From the NCBI RefSeq assembly GCF_001194135.2, contig NC_068989.1, forward strand, positions 9,355,872 to 9,388,635: a stretch of DNA of 32,764 nucleotides. Reading direction: 5' to 3'. The DNA is from Octopus bimaculoides (taxonomy: Eukaryota). Position 1 is the stretch's first letter; each line of letters opens with the position of its first letter. The notes under the pieces were generated by a model. The model ran no database searches. It was not told the origin of the DNA and saw nothing but the letters and a program-made list of their open reading frames with translations. Position numbers and translations under genes: made by a program. Positions 11,326 to 23,271 of the stretch are shown here, piece by piece.

Positions 11326-12192
11326 CGTCATTGGTTTGGACAGTTCTTATTCATTCATAGCTGAAAAAGATTAACCTGACAAGTCAAACATTTATTCCAA
11401 CAGCAGACATATGTAAACATGAAAAACTAGATCTCTGCATGTACATATGTGAACAGAATTTTACATAGGCACACACACACACACACAAAGACAAATACCA
11501 TCATAATCAATGGCTATAAAAAGGAAAAGAAAATCTACCTTAATTATCAGATTAGGTCAGCTTCTGACCTGTCAGTTCAGCTTTCCAAGAGCAGCTAAGA
11601 AACTTATCTTCCGCCAACTCTCAGTTGATTGACCAAATTTAGCTCTGACATTTTACAAATAATTGAACAAGTCAAGCTGCAAATTTCATCAGACAATCTG
11701 CTAACAAGCTACTTTTCTTTCGACTTAAAGTATCGAAACCTTCTCAATCAAATTCTCTATAAGTATTCGAAAACTTAACAAAAAAAAAATATATATATAT
11801 ATAGATATATAAATAAATAAAAGCTTAATTTACAGTTCCTGTCTTGTCATTGATTCTTACATGTGTTTTTACCCTCTGCTTTGTTGTTTTGTTATTCGTA
11901 TTATGTTAACTTTTGTTGACCTGTACTAACAGACAGGACATCTACGCGTCAAAATCAATTGTTTGAAATCACTATGGGCTAAGTATATGGTATCAAGTGG
12001 AAAAATCTGTAATAAAACATGAAATTTAACAGATCAAGTTTTGCCATAGGAAACTCACTGTTACAAGAACGTGAGTTAAATAGTTCTATAAATATAAAAA
12101 TTTCTAAGAGTTTCTTGGAAATTAACCCCTGACTGAGCAGACCTATGATCAAAGATGTCCAGCCATGACCATCTCATTTATTTTTAGCTGCA

Positions 12193-12343
12193 GATGTGAC
12201 TATGTAGTTGAGAAGTTTGCTCCTTGATCACGGGGTTTTGAGTACGGTCCTACTGCCTGGCACCTTGAGCAAATGTCTTCTATTATAGCCCTGGGCTGAC
12301 CTAAAGCCTTGTGAGTGGAATTGGTAGATTGAAACTAAAAGAC
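12193..12343 (+). mobile_element. Decayed SINE family A head
   Basis: GGCACCTTGAGCAAATGTCTTCTATTATAGCC..AAAGCCTTGTGAGTGGAATTGGTAGA..GAAACT. Confidence 0.75.
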
Positions 12344-12644
12344 ACTCTCTTAAACTACACTCTGCTGTCTTAAAATGAGAATGTCACATCAAATATTGTA
12401 GTCACTGGTATACTTTGACAGAGTAAAAGATGTGATGGCCATAACTAGAAAGCCTTTCAGAGCTGACTTAGAGTTAAACAACAAGAAAAATGCATTGTGT
12501 GCCTGCGTCAAGATTTGAAACCGTTTCAGCTGGTTTTAAAATCTAATATTTTGATCAAATTAGTTTATTAGTTGGCTTCTATTTTTAAAATTTTCTGTAA
12601 AATATTTACATTTATGAAATTTGTTGTTGTCAATAGTGTTAGTC

Positions 12645-12870
12645 ATGATGGTGGTGGTGGTGGTGGTGGTGGTTGTGGTGGTGGGTGGCAGTGATATGGT
12701 GGAGGTGGGGATGGTGATGATGATAATGGTAGTGGTGATGGTGGTAGAGGTGGTGGTGATGGTGGCAGTGGTGGTGGTGTGGTGGTGGTGGTGGTGCTGG
12801 TGGTGGTGACGGTGGTAGAGATGGTGGTGACGGTGGTAGTGGTGATGGCGGCTGTGGATGTTGGATGGTA
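12645..12870. repeat. Degenerate (GGT/GAT)n repeat
   Basis: Directly visible; source of the poly-His/Pro/Thr/Val ORFs. Confidence 0.95.
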
Positions 12871-13444
12871 GAAACAATATTTCCAAATTTCTTTAGCTTG
12901 TCTTTAGCTTGGAGGCTGTCACAAGATTTTCCACTTAACTCATCAATATTTAAATTTTCAAAAGCAATCTCTTTTATCAAAATTATTTATCAGGTTATCA
13001 CTAAAATTAATTCAGTTAGGATACAGGCTTCAAAAGAATTTTGAGAAATCATTGGTTTGAAATAAACAAATTTCATGTTTTTTCCTTTTTCTTTTCTTTT
13101 CTTTCTTTTTCTCTCCACTCATTACAATTAAGAAAAACATGGCAAAATTTTCAAAACTATTTTCAACATTTCAAACTGCTGCACTGATTCTAGAAGTGAA
13201 AAGCTGAGGACCATTATGGCTGGTTCTGTTGGGCCATGTCTGTCTGCAGACGTCAGTTGAAATAATGGAGTTAGTGATTACAAATAAAATAAACAGAAGA
13301 AAACAAACGATACACAGATTATTTAATTTTGTTGTTTTACACACAATCTAGTTTTCAATATGTTTGAACTTCAGCATTTTATTGCAGCAAATGCCTTTGC
13401 AGTGGGATATTTTATTTTATTTTTCATTATTTAAATACACAACA

Positions 13445-13815
13445 GAAGTGGTACTTATTCTTTTCTACTCCAAGCACAAGGCCCAAAATTTTGGTTGGAA
13501 TTTGAACTCAGAATGTAAAGACAGACGGAATACAGCTAAGCATTTCATCTGGCATGCTAACATTTCTTATTTCTTTACTGCCCACAAGGGGCTACACACA
13601 GAGGGGACAAACAAGGACAGACAAACAGTACTGGTACTTATTTAATCGACTCCGAAAGGATGAAAGGGGTTAACTTGATTACATCAACCCCAGTGCTTGA
13701 CAGGAACTAATTTTATTGACCTCAAATGATAAAGTCGACCTTGGCAGCATTTAAACTCAGACAAAATACCACTAAACATTTTGTCCAGCATTCTAATGAG
13801 TTAGCCAGCTCACTG
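13445..13815 (-). mobile_element. Cluster of nested SINE family B fragments
   Basis: Two GAATTTGAACTCAGA-type heads plus GAGGGGACAAACAAGGACAGAC tail sequence. Confidence 0.7.
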
Positions 13816-14636
13816 CCTTAGTCTATTAATATATTGCCAAGTTGCTTATGATGGCCTAAGAGACAAATCATCAAACGAGTGACATCTATTTAAAAAGTGG
13901 CAGAAAGTGCCAAAAAATAGTAACTGTGGCTGTAAATGGTCCAAGTTAACTGGGCCCAAGTAACTTGATTATTTCTACTAAAATGGAAGAAAAAAGGTAA
14001 AAAAATGTACATTTAAAGTTATTTTAGTATTTATATACCACATACATACACATCTATATTATATACATTTCGAAAGTAGGTAGCACTGGAATTCTGAGCT
14101 GAACTATCTTTTCGTTATTGTTTTGCGATATATTTAAAGTTACTTAGAAAAATTTGAAAAAAAAAAAGATGGAAAATGGAATAACATTTTTGGCAAGCTT
14201 GCTAGGATTTAGTTTTTTAACAATGATAGATTTTCTCTATTTATATTTTTCGCATATTTTACACTTTTTGGCTTTGAAATCTTAAAAATAATTTTGAAAA
14301 TTTCAGAGAAAAAATATTCTTATAATTTTTTTGGTTTATGTTCATTTATACAAAGACATTATTTAATCTCGTTGGTCTATACACACCAACTTATACATTA
14401 TATAACCTTATATTTGTTTATATACACCTAGGAAGAGACATTATATAAACTTGTAGCTTTATATGCACCAAGCTAGAGATATTCTACAACTAGTTTGGGT
14501 TCTTTTTGTTTTTTACATTCAAAAACATTTTCAAACTCCATTTAGTGACAAAAAGGGTTCCAGAAGTAAACTACACTCTGTTGGATGGTGCCTATTGGAT
14601 GGTGCATTCCTGGTTTTAGTGTGTAGGCTTACTCCT

Positions 14637-14806
14637 TCATCATCATCATCATCATCGTTTAAAGTCCACTTTCCATGCTAGCATGGGTTGGACGATTTGA
14701 CTGAGGACTGGTGAAACCAGATGGCTACACCAGGTTCCAATCTGATCTGGCAGAGTTTCTACAGCTGGATGCCCTTCCTAACGCCAACCACTCCAAGAGT
14801 GTAGTA
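14637..14806 (-). mobile_element. SINE family D 3' part
   Basis: Reverse complement GGAGTGGTTGGCGTTAGGAAGGGCATCCAGCTGTAGAAACTC..CCAACCCATGCTAGCATGGAAAG..(GAT)n. Confidence 0.9.
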
Positions 14807-15045
14807 GGTGAATGGTTTGAGTTGAGTTCATTGTGTTGCAAGCATTCAGGCCAAAATTCTGGTCCAGGAACAACTCATTTCCCATCACAAATCTAAGAGG
14901 CCTTAAACAGGACCAAATGCATTGTTTGTCTTTCTATAGATAAGTAAAATAGTTCTCTCAAGGTAAGGCCACTATCTTTTCCATCCTTTTTGCTTCAATT
15001 TCCACCCTGCATATACCCCAGCAAAACCTCTTCAGAGTCAACAAT

Positions 15046-15349
15046 AAGTGTCTTCTACTATTACCCCAGGTTACCCAATGCCTCATGAGTAAATTTGGTT
15101 GATGGAAACTATGTGGAAGTCTGTCATATGTATATATGAGTGCACGCATCTGTATGTGTGTGTTTGTGTGAGTGCGTGCATGTGTATCCCTGCGTCTACA
15201 TTTGTCCACCATCTGACCACCAGACAACTGGTGCTGGTTTGTTTACATCCCTCTAACTAAGCAGCTTAGCAAAACAGGCCAATGAAAATAAGCGCCGGTG
15301 CCCCAGTATGGCCGCAGATCAATGACTGAAACAAACGAAAGATAAAAGA
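15046..15349 (+). mobile_element. Decayed SINE family A, 5'-truncated and internally deleted
   Basis: AAGTGTCTTCTACTAT..GAAACT..TG-repeat linker..GACAAC..CAG.ATGGCC.CAG..AATGACTGAAACAA..AAAAGA. Confidence 0.75.
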
Positions 15350-15569
15350 CGAGGATGAACATCTCATCTTTGTTTAAGGTATCAAAGTGTTGAGGACCAC
15401 AATATTTTGAACACATACGTCTCCTTCGGTTTTTAATGACGGTTGCATGTGATTTGATGGAGGTCTGCTCTTTCTAATAGATCAATTAAATACATAAAGA
15501 TTCCATCATTGGATTCTTATTATTCTTGACATCAGAAGAGTCTTTGACTGTCTGGCATGCAATGAGAAT

Positions 15570-16170
15570 CTCTCTCCTTCTCTCTCTCTCTCTCACTCTC
15601 TTTCTCTCCCTCTTTCTCTTACTCTCTCCCTCCTTCTGTCCCTCTCTTTTCCTCCCTCTTACTCTCTCTCTCTCTCTCTCTTACTTTCTCTCTCCCTCCC
15701 TCTCTCTTACTTTCTCTCTCCCTCTATTTCTCTCTACCTCTCTCTTCCTGTCTCTCTCTCTCATACATATGTTCACACACATACACACACACACACACAC
15801 AGAATCTCCCTCTCTCTCTCCTTCACACACAAACACTCTCAAACACTCTCTCTTTTTTCTCTCTCTCTCTCTCCCTCTCCCCCTCTCCCTCTCTCTCTCC
15901 CTCCCTCTCCCTCCCTCTCCCTCTCCCTCCATCTCCCTCCNNNNNNNNNNNNNNNNNNNNNNNNNNNNNNNNNNNNNNNNNNNNNNNNNNNNNNNNNNNN
16001 NNNNNNNNNNNNNNNNNNNNNNNNNNNNNNNNNNNNNNNNNNNNNNNNNNNNNNNNNNNNNNNNNNNNNNNNNNNNNNNNNNNNNNNNNNNNNNNNNNNN
16101 NTCTCTCTCTCTCTTCCTCTCCCTCTCCCCTCTCTCCCCCCTCTCTCTTTCCATCTCTCTCTCTCTCCAA
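15570..16170. repeat. Long (CT)n-rich polypyrimidine tract containing an assembly gap
   Basis: Directly visible; N run 15941-16101. Confidence 0.95.
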
Positions 16171-16456
16171 TTCCTATCATATTATCCTTACAACTCTCTC
16201 ACTATTCCTTCTCGAATCCCTTGATGTCACTTTTTAGTTATCCCACACTTTTGCTCCTACAAAGATGACGCCTCCTCTCCTGCTCCCCAAACATTCTGCA
16301 TTCAGATTCCAGCCGCGTGCAGCCTAGCCACCCCCTCTGCCATATACTTACTGTTTCAGTAAACAGACATCTCAGAAACAACCCTTAACAGGGACCAACA
16401 ACTTAGTCCCTTTCAACAACACCAAGCCATAATCACTGCACGAAACAAAGAAACAA

Positions 16457-16619
16457 GCATGGCTGTGTGGTAAGAAGTTTGCTTCCCAACTTCCCAACCA
16501 CATGGTTCTGGGTTCAACTCCAGTGTGTGACACTTTGGGCAAGTGTCTTCTATTGTAGCCTTGAGCTGACTAAAACCGTGTGAGTGAATTTCGTAGATGG
16601 AAACTGAAAGAAGCCTGTC

Positions 16620-16652
<33 letters not shown>

Positions 16653-16926
16653 AACACACACATACACACACACACATACACACATATATATATATTCTTT
16701 TACTTGTTTCAGTCATTTGACTGTGGCCATGCTGGAGCACTGCCTTTAATCGAGCAAACTAACCCCAGGACTTATTCTTTGTGAGCCTAGTACTTATTCT
16801 ATCGGTTCCTTTTGCTGATCTGCTAGGTTACATGGACATAAACACTCCAACATCGGTTGTCAAGCAATCGTAGGGGGGACAAACACAGACACACAAGCAC
16901 ACACACACACACACACATATACATAC
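16457..16926. mobile_element. SINE family A with head (+, 16457-16619) and 3' module (-, 16696-16926) in opposite orientations
   Basis: Head matches 20412 onwards on the plus strand; the 3' module matches 7753-7950 as read on the plus strand. Confidence 0.85.
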
Positions 16927-17431
16927 AAACCACTAACACATTTGCCTTTTACTTGACTGAATCAAGCAAAAGATATACCATAGAAGAAAAGATGAAATTT
17001 GGTAACAAAAGGGTTAATTAGAATTTGGAAGCAGCTTTTAGAAAGAACAATTTTGTAACAAAAGGGTTAATTGGAAATTGGAACCAGCTTTTAAAATGCA
17101 TGGTTATTCTCATGTTAGCAAATGAGCCAGAAATTTTTAGTGAAATGGTATATTTAAAGACAGTTAAATCATTAAATGTCTGCTATCGTGCTTATTGAAT
17201 CTATCCTGATTTTGAATTTAGATTGAAGAAGGAGAAAATAAATACAGTCAGCATTCAATCAGGTAAATCTGTAAAATTTACAAAAGAGAAAAAAAAAGAA
17301 AAAAACAAAAATAATAATAATAATAATCATTTCACATCCCATTAATATGTCTGTCTGATAGGTCTGCATAATCTTCAGATTAAGATAACCACTGAAATCA
17401 TATATATATGTACATACATATATATACATAC

Positions 17432-17465
<34 letters not shown>

Positions 17466-18481
17466 TTCGTATGTGTATTTCATGTGCAAGATTCTTGATG
17501 TGGATACGTGTGTTNNNNNNNNNNNNNNNNNNNNNNNNNNNNNNNNNNNNNNNNNNNNNNNNNNNNNNNNNNNNNNNNNNNNNNNNNNNNNNNNNNNNNN
17601 NNNNNNNNNNNNNNNNNNNNNNNNNNNNNNNNNNNNNNNNNNNNNNNNNNNNNNNNNNNNNNNNNNNNNNNNNNNNNNNNNNNNNNNNNNNNNNNNNNNN
17701 NNNNNNNNNNNNNNNNNNNNNNNNNNNNNNNNNNNNNNNNNNNNNNNNNNNNNNNNNNNNNNNNNNNNNNNNNNNNNNNNNNNNNNNNNNNNNNNNNNNN
17801 NNNNNNNNNNNNNNNNNNNNNNNNNNNNNNNNNNNNNNNNNNNNNNNNNNNNNNNNNNNNNNNNNNNNNNNNNNNNNNNNNNNNNNNNNNNNNNNNNNNN
17901 NNNNNNNNNNNNNNNNNNNNNNNNNNNNNNNNNNNNNNNNNNNNNNNNNNNNNNNNNNNNNNNNNNNNNNNNNNNNNNNNNNNNNNNNNNNNNNNNNNNN
18001 NNNNNNNNNNNNNNNNNNNNNNNNNNNNNNNNNNNNNNNNNNNNNNNNNNNNNNNNNNNNNNNNNNNNNNNNNNNNNNNNNNNNNNNNNNNNNNNNNNNN
18101 NNNNNNNNNNNNNNNNNNNNNNNNNNNNNNNNNNNNNNNNNNNNNNNNNNNNNNNNNNNNNNNNNNNNNNNNNNNNNNNNNNNNNNNNNNNNNNNNNNNN
18201 NNNNNNNNNNNNNNNNNNNNNNNNNNNNNNNNNNNNNNNNNNNNNNNNNNNNNNNNNNNNNNNNNNNNNNNNNNNNNNNNNNNNNNNNNNNNNNNNNNNN
18301 NNNNNNNNNNNNNNNNNNNNNNNNNNNNNNNNNNNNNNNNNNNNNNNNNNNNNNNNNNNNNNNNNNNNNNNNNNNNNNNNNNNNNNNNNNNNNNNNNNNN
18401 NNNNNNNNNNNNNNNNNNNNNNNNNNNNNNNNNNNNNNNNNNNNNNNNNNNNNNNNNNNNNNNNNNNNNNNNNNNNNNNNN

Positions 18482-18512
<31 letters not shown>

Positions 18513-18553
18513 TATACATGCATACATACATACATACATACGTACATACATGC

Positions 18554-18752
18554 ATAAAAGGTGCTGAAAAGTTCCTGGCTTTAAGGGTCTCACAAAAGGC
18601 CTGGCTGGAGGTCCAACCATCCAAGTTCTTTTACAGAGCTTAGAAAAAAATGTGTGAATCTGAGAGGGGAATATGCTAAATAAAATCATAATTAACTGAT
18701 CCTCCTGTATTTTCTTTTACCCAAAGCCATGATCTTTTTAGCATACCCTCAT
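18554..18752 (+). mobile_element. Mariner-derived MITE
   Basis: Imperfect TIRs GGTGCTGAAAAGTTCCTGGCTTT and AAAGCCATGATCTTTTTAGCATACC; internal remnant of a mariner C-terminus (K.CV.LRGEY-like); TA-rich flanks. Confidence 0.75.
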
Positions 18753-18765
18753 ATATATATTATAT

Positions 18766-19014
18766 GTGCCAGTGCCACATGAAAAGCCACACATCAATGC
18801 CACACATCAATGCCACATATAAAGCACTGGTGCTAGTGCCATGTAAAAAAAAGCACCCGGTACACTCTGTAAAGTGTTTGGTGTTAGGAAGGGCATCCAG
18901 GTGTAGAAACCATCACAAAACAGATAGCTGGAGCCTGGTGCAGCTTTCTGGCTGGCCAGCTCCCGTCAAAGCCTCCAACCCATGCCAGCATGAAAGATGG
19001 ACGTTAAATGATGG

Positions 19015-19045
<31 letters not shown>

Positions 19046-19134
19046 GGTGGTGGTGGTGGTGGTGGTGGTGGTGGTAGTGGTGGAGATGATGATGATGATG
19101 ATGATGATGTTGATAGTGATGATGATGATGATGT
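18766..19134 (+). mobile_element. SINE family D with expanded (GAT/GGT)n tail
   Basis: GTGCCACATGAAAAGC..GTGTTAGGAAGGGCATCCAG.TGTAGAAACC..TCCAACCCATGCCAGCATG..GACGTTAAATGATG(GGT)n. Confidence 0.85.
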
Positions 19135-19455
19135 AAGAATGCATGTCTTGATGCTAATCTGATGAAGTACCGCTCCTACATAATATATAATCAACTACAC
19201 ATATTGTCTAACTTTTCACATGGAATTATTTATATGCTATGGCTTTGGTAATGAAGTGGCACCAGAACAATTGTGACTAATAATAAAGATGTGGCGAATT
19301 TCTTCTTCATTTTCTTATTATATATAGATATATTGTTATATTATTATATATAGATATATTGTATCATTTTTGTATTATATATAGATATATTGTATAAAAA
19401 CACACATACACACACATATACTTATATATATCATCATCATCATAATCATTGTTTA

Positions 19456-19506
<51 letters not shown>

Positions 19507-19714
19507 CACACATGTATGTAGGCATGGATTTATACCATACACACACACATATCAAATATGAATTACTGCATAGAGCCTCCTTATTCAGTTCAGCTAGTAC
19601 AGGAAATACAGTCTTGGAGCTTTTAAATTCTAGAAATTCATCTACGAGCAATCATGTGTGCGTGCATGCACACACACGTCTGTGTGTGTGTGTGTGTGTG
19701 TACATACGCATGTG

Positions 19715-20400
19715 TAGAGCAATTGGATTGTGTCCAAATTTGGTAATGAGCTTAACACTAAAAGAAGGCCAGAGATGTGAGTAATAATCTTGATGATTGA
19801 GCTTCTGCGTTTTCCACAGGATCAACACGATTTCTTGTTCTCTTCTAAATGCCATCCTCTTATTAATTAATATTCCTAATGGTGCAATATTACTCATAAT
19901 TCCCATGTCTTGCATGCTTTCTAATTCTTGACTTCCAATTTGTCTTGCTACTATAACATGCTGGTTCTAAAAGCACCAAATCAAAAGTTTCAGGCATTTT
20001 ACTGAGAGGAAAATGCATAGAAACCTCCTACATTAAATTTCATACATTAAACTTCGTGTTGTCAGAGTAACTGCAAATAGCAAATGTGTCTACCTGCAAA
20101 ATGTCCTTCTGTTTGCTGTTGATGTTATTATGACATTTGATAACCTTTAACAACTTGAAAACCTCGGTATTGCTAGTGGCAGTAGTTTTAATAAATGAAA
20201 ATGTGTTTGAGAGCTATTACAATTAGTAATTGACCAAAGACAGCTCTGTGAAGCACCTCACTTGAATTCTACTTTTCGGAAAGATTGTCTCTCACTGAAT
20301 TATTTTGATCCCTCTCCCTGCAACCGTTCTCCTAGATTTCTGGCTATTTTCAGATTACATAATTGATGCTGCCAAAAGCCTTTCTGAAATAATAGAAAAG
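19715..20400 (-). mobile_element. Decayed CR1-like (Jockey group) LINE reverse transcriptase and C-terminal fragment
   Basis: In order: FRKAFGSINY (DF.KAFD), SEVLHRAVFGQLLIVIAL (SGVPQG.VLGPLLF), ILQVDTFAICSYSDNTKFN (LQ.DL..I..W...N.M.FN), SMQDMGIMSN (V.DLGI), AFRREQEIVLILWKT..DYYSHLWP (F......L......DY....W.P). Confidence 0.8.
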
Positions 20401-20411
20401 TATATATATAT

Positions 20412-20581
20412 AGGCGCAGGAGTGGCTGTGTGGTAAGTAGCTTGCTTACCAACCGCTTGGTTCCGGGTTCAGTCCCACTGCGTGGCATCTTGGGCAAGTG
20501 TCTTCTACTATAGCCTCGGGCCGACCAAAGCCTTGTGAGTGGATTTGGCAGACGGAAACTGAAAGAAGCCTGTTGTATATA

Positions 20582-20614
<33 letters not shown>

Positions 20615-20895
20615 NNNNNNNNNNNNNNNNNNNNNNNNNNNNNNNNNNNNNNNNNNNNNNNNNNNNNNNNNNNNNNNNNNNNNNNNNNNNTTTGTGTGTG
20701 TTTGTCCCTCTAGCATTGCTTGACAACCAATGCTGGTGTGTTTATGTCCCCGTCACTTAGTGCTTCGGCAAAAGAGACTGATAGAATAAGTACTAGGCTT
20801 ACAAAGAATAAGTCCCGGGGGTGATTTGCTCGACTAAAGGCGGTGCTTCAGCATGGCCACAGTCAAATGACTGAAACAAGTAAAAGAGTAAAAGA
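20412..20895 (+). mobile_element. SINE family A, full-length, with an N gap in the internal (TG)n linker
   Basis: AGGCGCAGGAGTGGCTGTGTGGTAAG (A box), GGTTCAGTCCC (B box), linker, 3' module, GTAAAAGAGTAAAAGA tail. Confidence 0.95.
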
Positions 20896-20914
20896 TATTT
20901 GTGGAAAAAATATA

Positions 20915-21162
20915 TTGCGTTGGTGCGTAATTATTGCGGCTTTTTATAAACAAATTTTATTCAGCAAAAACAATAACAATATTTAACAAAAATATCTTTA
21001 AATGACAGTCTGACCATCTGCCAAGCAAAATGGGAAGCAATAATTGAAGAAGATGGTGAATATGCTTTGGAATAATCATTTAAAGTTGTTTTTGTTACAT
21101 GTTATTGTTTTGTTGAATAAAATTTGTTGGAAAAAAGTCGCAATAATTATACACCAACCCAA
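20915..21162 (+). mobile_element. Mariner-derived MITE with about 65-bp TIRs and TA TSD
   Basis: TA-TTGCGTTGGTGCGTAATTATTGCGGCTTTTTT versus AAAAAAGTCGCAATAATTATACACCAACCCAA-TA; internal KWEAIIEEDGEYALE*, a mariner transposase C-terminus. Confidence 0.9.
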
Positions 21163-21164
21163 TA

Positions 21165-21304
21165 GAAAGAAATGAAATGGGTATAAGGAACTTGCCATGA
21201 GGAGTAGAATACCCAATATTTTGGATGCAATCCTTCGTCAGGATTGGTTCTGAAACATTGGATATTCTGCTCCACATGGCAAGTTCACTCTTTTCACTTC
21301 TTTC
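21165..21304. mobile_element. 140-bp palindromic MITE-like hairpin element flanked by TA
   Basis: Arms 21188-21221 and 21253-21286 pair at 30 of 34 positions; outer GAAAGAAATGAAA and TTTCACTTCTTTC; TA on both sides. Confidence 0.7.
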
Positions 21305-22694
21305 TATGTTTTTTTTTTCAAGTCTTGCTGGCGCAGTGCTACACAAGATTCCTTGTAGTTTGCCTGGTTGTATATTTGTGGACTGATTTTTACTTCCCTT
21401 GTCTGGAAATACATACATACATGCATACATACATACCTATCCAGCTAACAAAACATTTGATTTAACACTTGTCCTTGTCCTACAGCCTGCAGATGAAAAT
21501 TAAACTGTCTAGTAATATTTACCAACAGCCAAGTCAATTAAATTGTTGAGAGGTAAACGTCTTAGCCAAGGACACAGCATAGTTATAACGACAGAGTACA
21601 ATACTGCTGAGCTCTCAGTAAGCTACGTGAAATCCTACCGACAAAGACATCTACAATACTCAGTTTTACATGTGGGCACCATTTCTTGCTAAATTTAGCC
21701 TCTCTCTAGGCATATGATATTTTCCCTATTCACTTTTTGTGTTTCCTTGCAATGCTGTCATAAACTAAATACATATATGCTTCATATAATCTGCTTTGCG
21801 AAAATTGAGAGAAATGGTTTTGTCGAAGGTTAAATTTTAGTGTTTACATGATTTTCATTGTTTCTTGAATCTTCAGTTGTACTTATAGTCTGTATTTGTC
21901 ATGTAAATGTAATTTATATTACAATAACAGATACCATAGTTACAGCTTAAAGAAGAATGGAAATCTTGTGAAAATCTTTTCCTTTTTTTTCTTTTTTTCT
22001 TGCAGCTGTAACATCTATTCTTTTTTTTCCATCTCAGTATTCTGAATGCTACATTGCATATAAAAAAATTTTCTTGTCAATTTTGAATGGGAATCAAATT
22101 ATTTTACATATATGTATAACAGAAGAAAGAGAAAAAAAAAATATTTTTCACATAATAATTTATTACAAAGTTTGACAAAATACATTTGTTTTCTCAATCT
22201 GTACTGATATTAAATTTGGATATAATTCTAGTTGGATTCTAGATACCCCCGAATTATTCTTAAATAAATAAAATCTATAGCAAAATATGCTGTGTTTAAA
22301 AGAAAATTGATGCAGATTAATACATGTTTACTGAGAGATTTAGAAATGTTGGATTTGCTTTACCTATTTATGCTTTTTTTCTTTTTTTCTTTTTTGTCAT
22401 GAAAATTTTGTTCACTGATTAGCTACAGAAAATACTCTGAAAATTAAACTAACAATTTATCAAGATTATTTTTAACAAAAGTTAATTGCAATTTCTTACA
22501 TAGCTAGAAGGTTCCATATTTACAGGGGAGACAAAAGTGAGTTATTGTGACATTTATGCAGTTCTAATGACATTAGTAACACAGAAGAGAAGTGGTTGTG
22601 ATTTCTGTTGGTTGGAAACTCATCTTTTTTTTTTTTAGTGTTTGCAAGGAATTAAGAAAAAAGAAAATTAAATTAATATTTTGTTTCGTTTAAG

Positions 22695-23100
22695 GCATGC
22701 TGGGAAAAATGCTTAGTGGCATTTTATCTATCCTTATTTTCTGAATTATAATTCCACCAAGGTCAACTTTGCCTTTCATTCTTTCAAGGTCAATAAAACA
22801 GACAGCAGCTGAGTACAGGAGCTGATGTAAGCAACTAGCTATTTACCTCAAACTTGCTGACTTTGTGCCAACATTTGAAACAAAGAAAACGATTAAAAAC
22901 TGTTTGTAAAAACATTTAAAAACATTTAAAATGGTACTGCTTAAGAGTGGGGCTTAATGCAGCCATTTCATTATTATTTATTTTATACATTTTATACATT
23001 TCATGTCATCCATTTTATGTTTTTGTCCCCACTGTGGTGTTGTGTCTGTCCTTGTATTGTCCCTTCTGTGTTAGAGCCTAAGTGCTTGTTATAAAGAATA
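22695..23100 (+). mobile_element. Decayed SINE family B (head 22695-22885, tail near 23030-23100)
   Basis: CATGCTGGG.AAAATGCTTAG.GGC..AATTCCACCAAGGTCAACTTTGCCTTTCATTCTTTC; tail CTGTCCTTGTATTGTCCC. Confidence 0.7.
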
Positions 23101-23271
23101 GAGAATAAAACATTTGAAACTAGTATTTTGCTTGGTTTCAATTGTTCTATGTATTTAGAAGAGAAAAAAATATTCAATTTATATATCTCTCTAGAGCACA
23201 TGGGTGACATGGTTTCAACTGGGAGTTAAATTCACAAAAGACTCAACAAATTAGGAATTTATTACTTCAGA

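Noticed and set aside
12560-12980. Poly-His/Pro/Thr ORFs
   Set aside because: (GGT/GAT)n microsatellite translations.
17259-18689. Long ORFs of 330-476 aa (also 2212-2727, 15526-16224 and 20300-20726)
   Set aside because: They are open only because they run through N gaps and simple repeats.
19890-20090. Apparent chain of minus-strand exons with plausible splice sites
   Set aside because: The peptides align to consecutive motifs of a CR1-like LINE RT, so they are retroelement remnants.
20412-20490. tRNA gene (A and B boxes)
   Set aside because: No cloverleaf or acceptor stem; it is the multi-copy SINE head.
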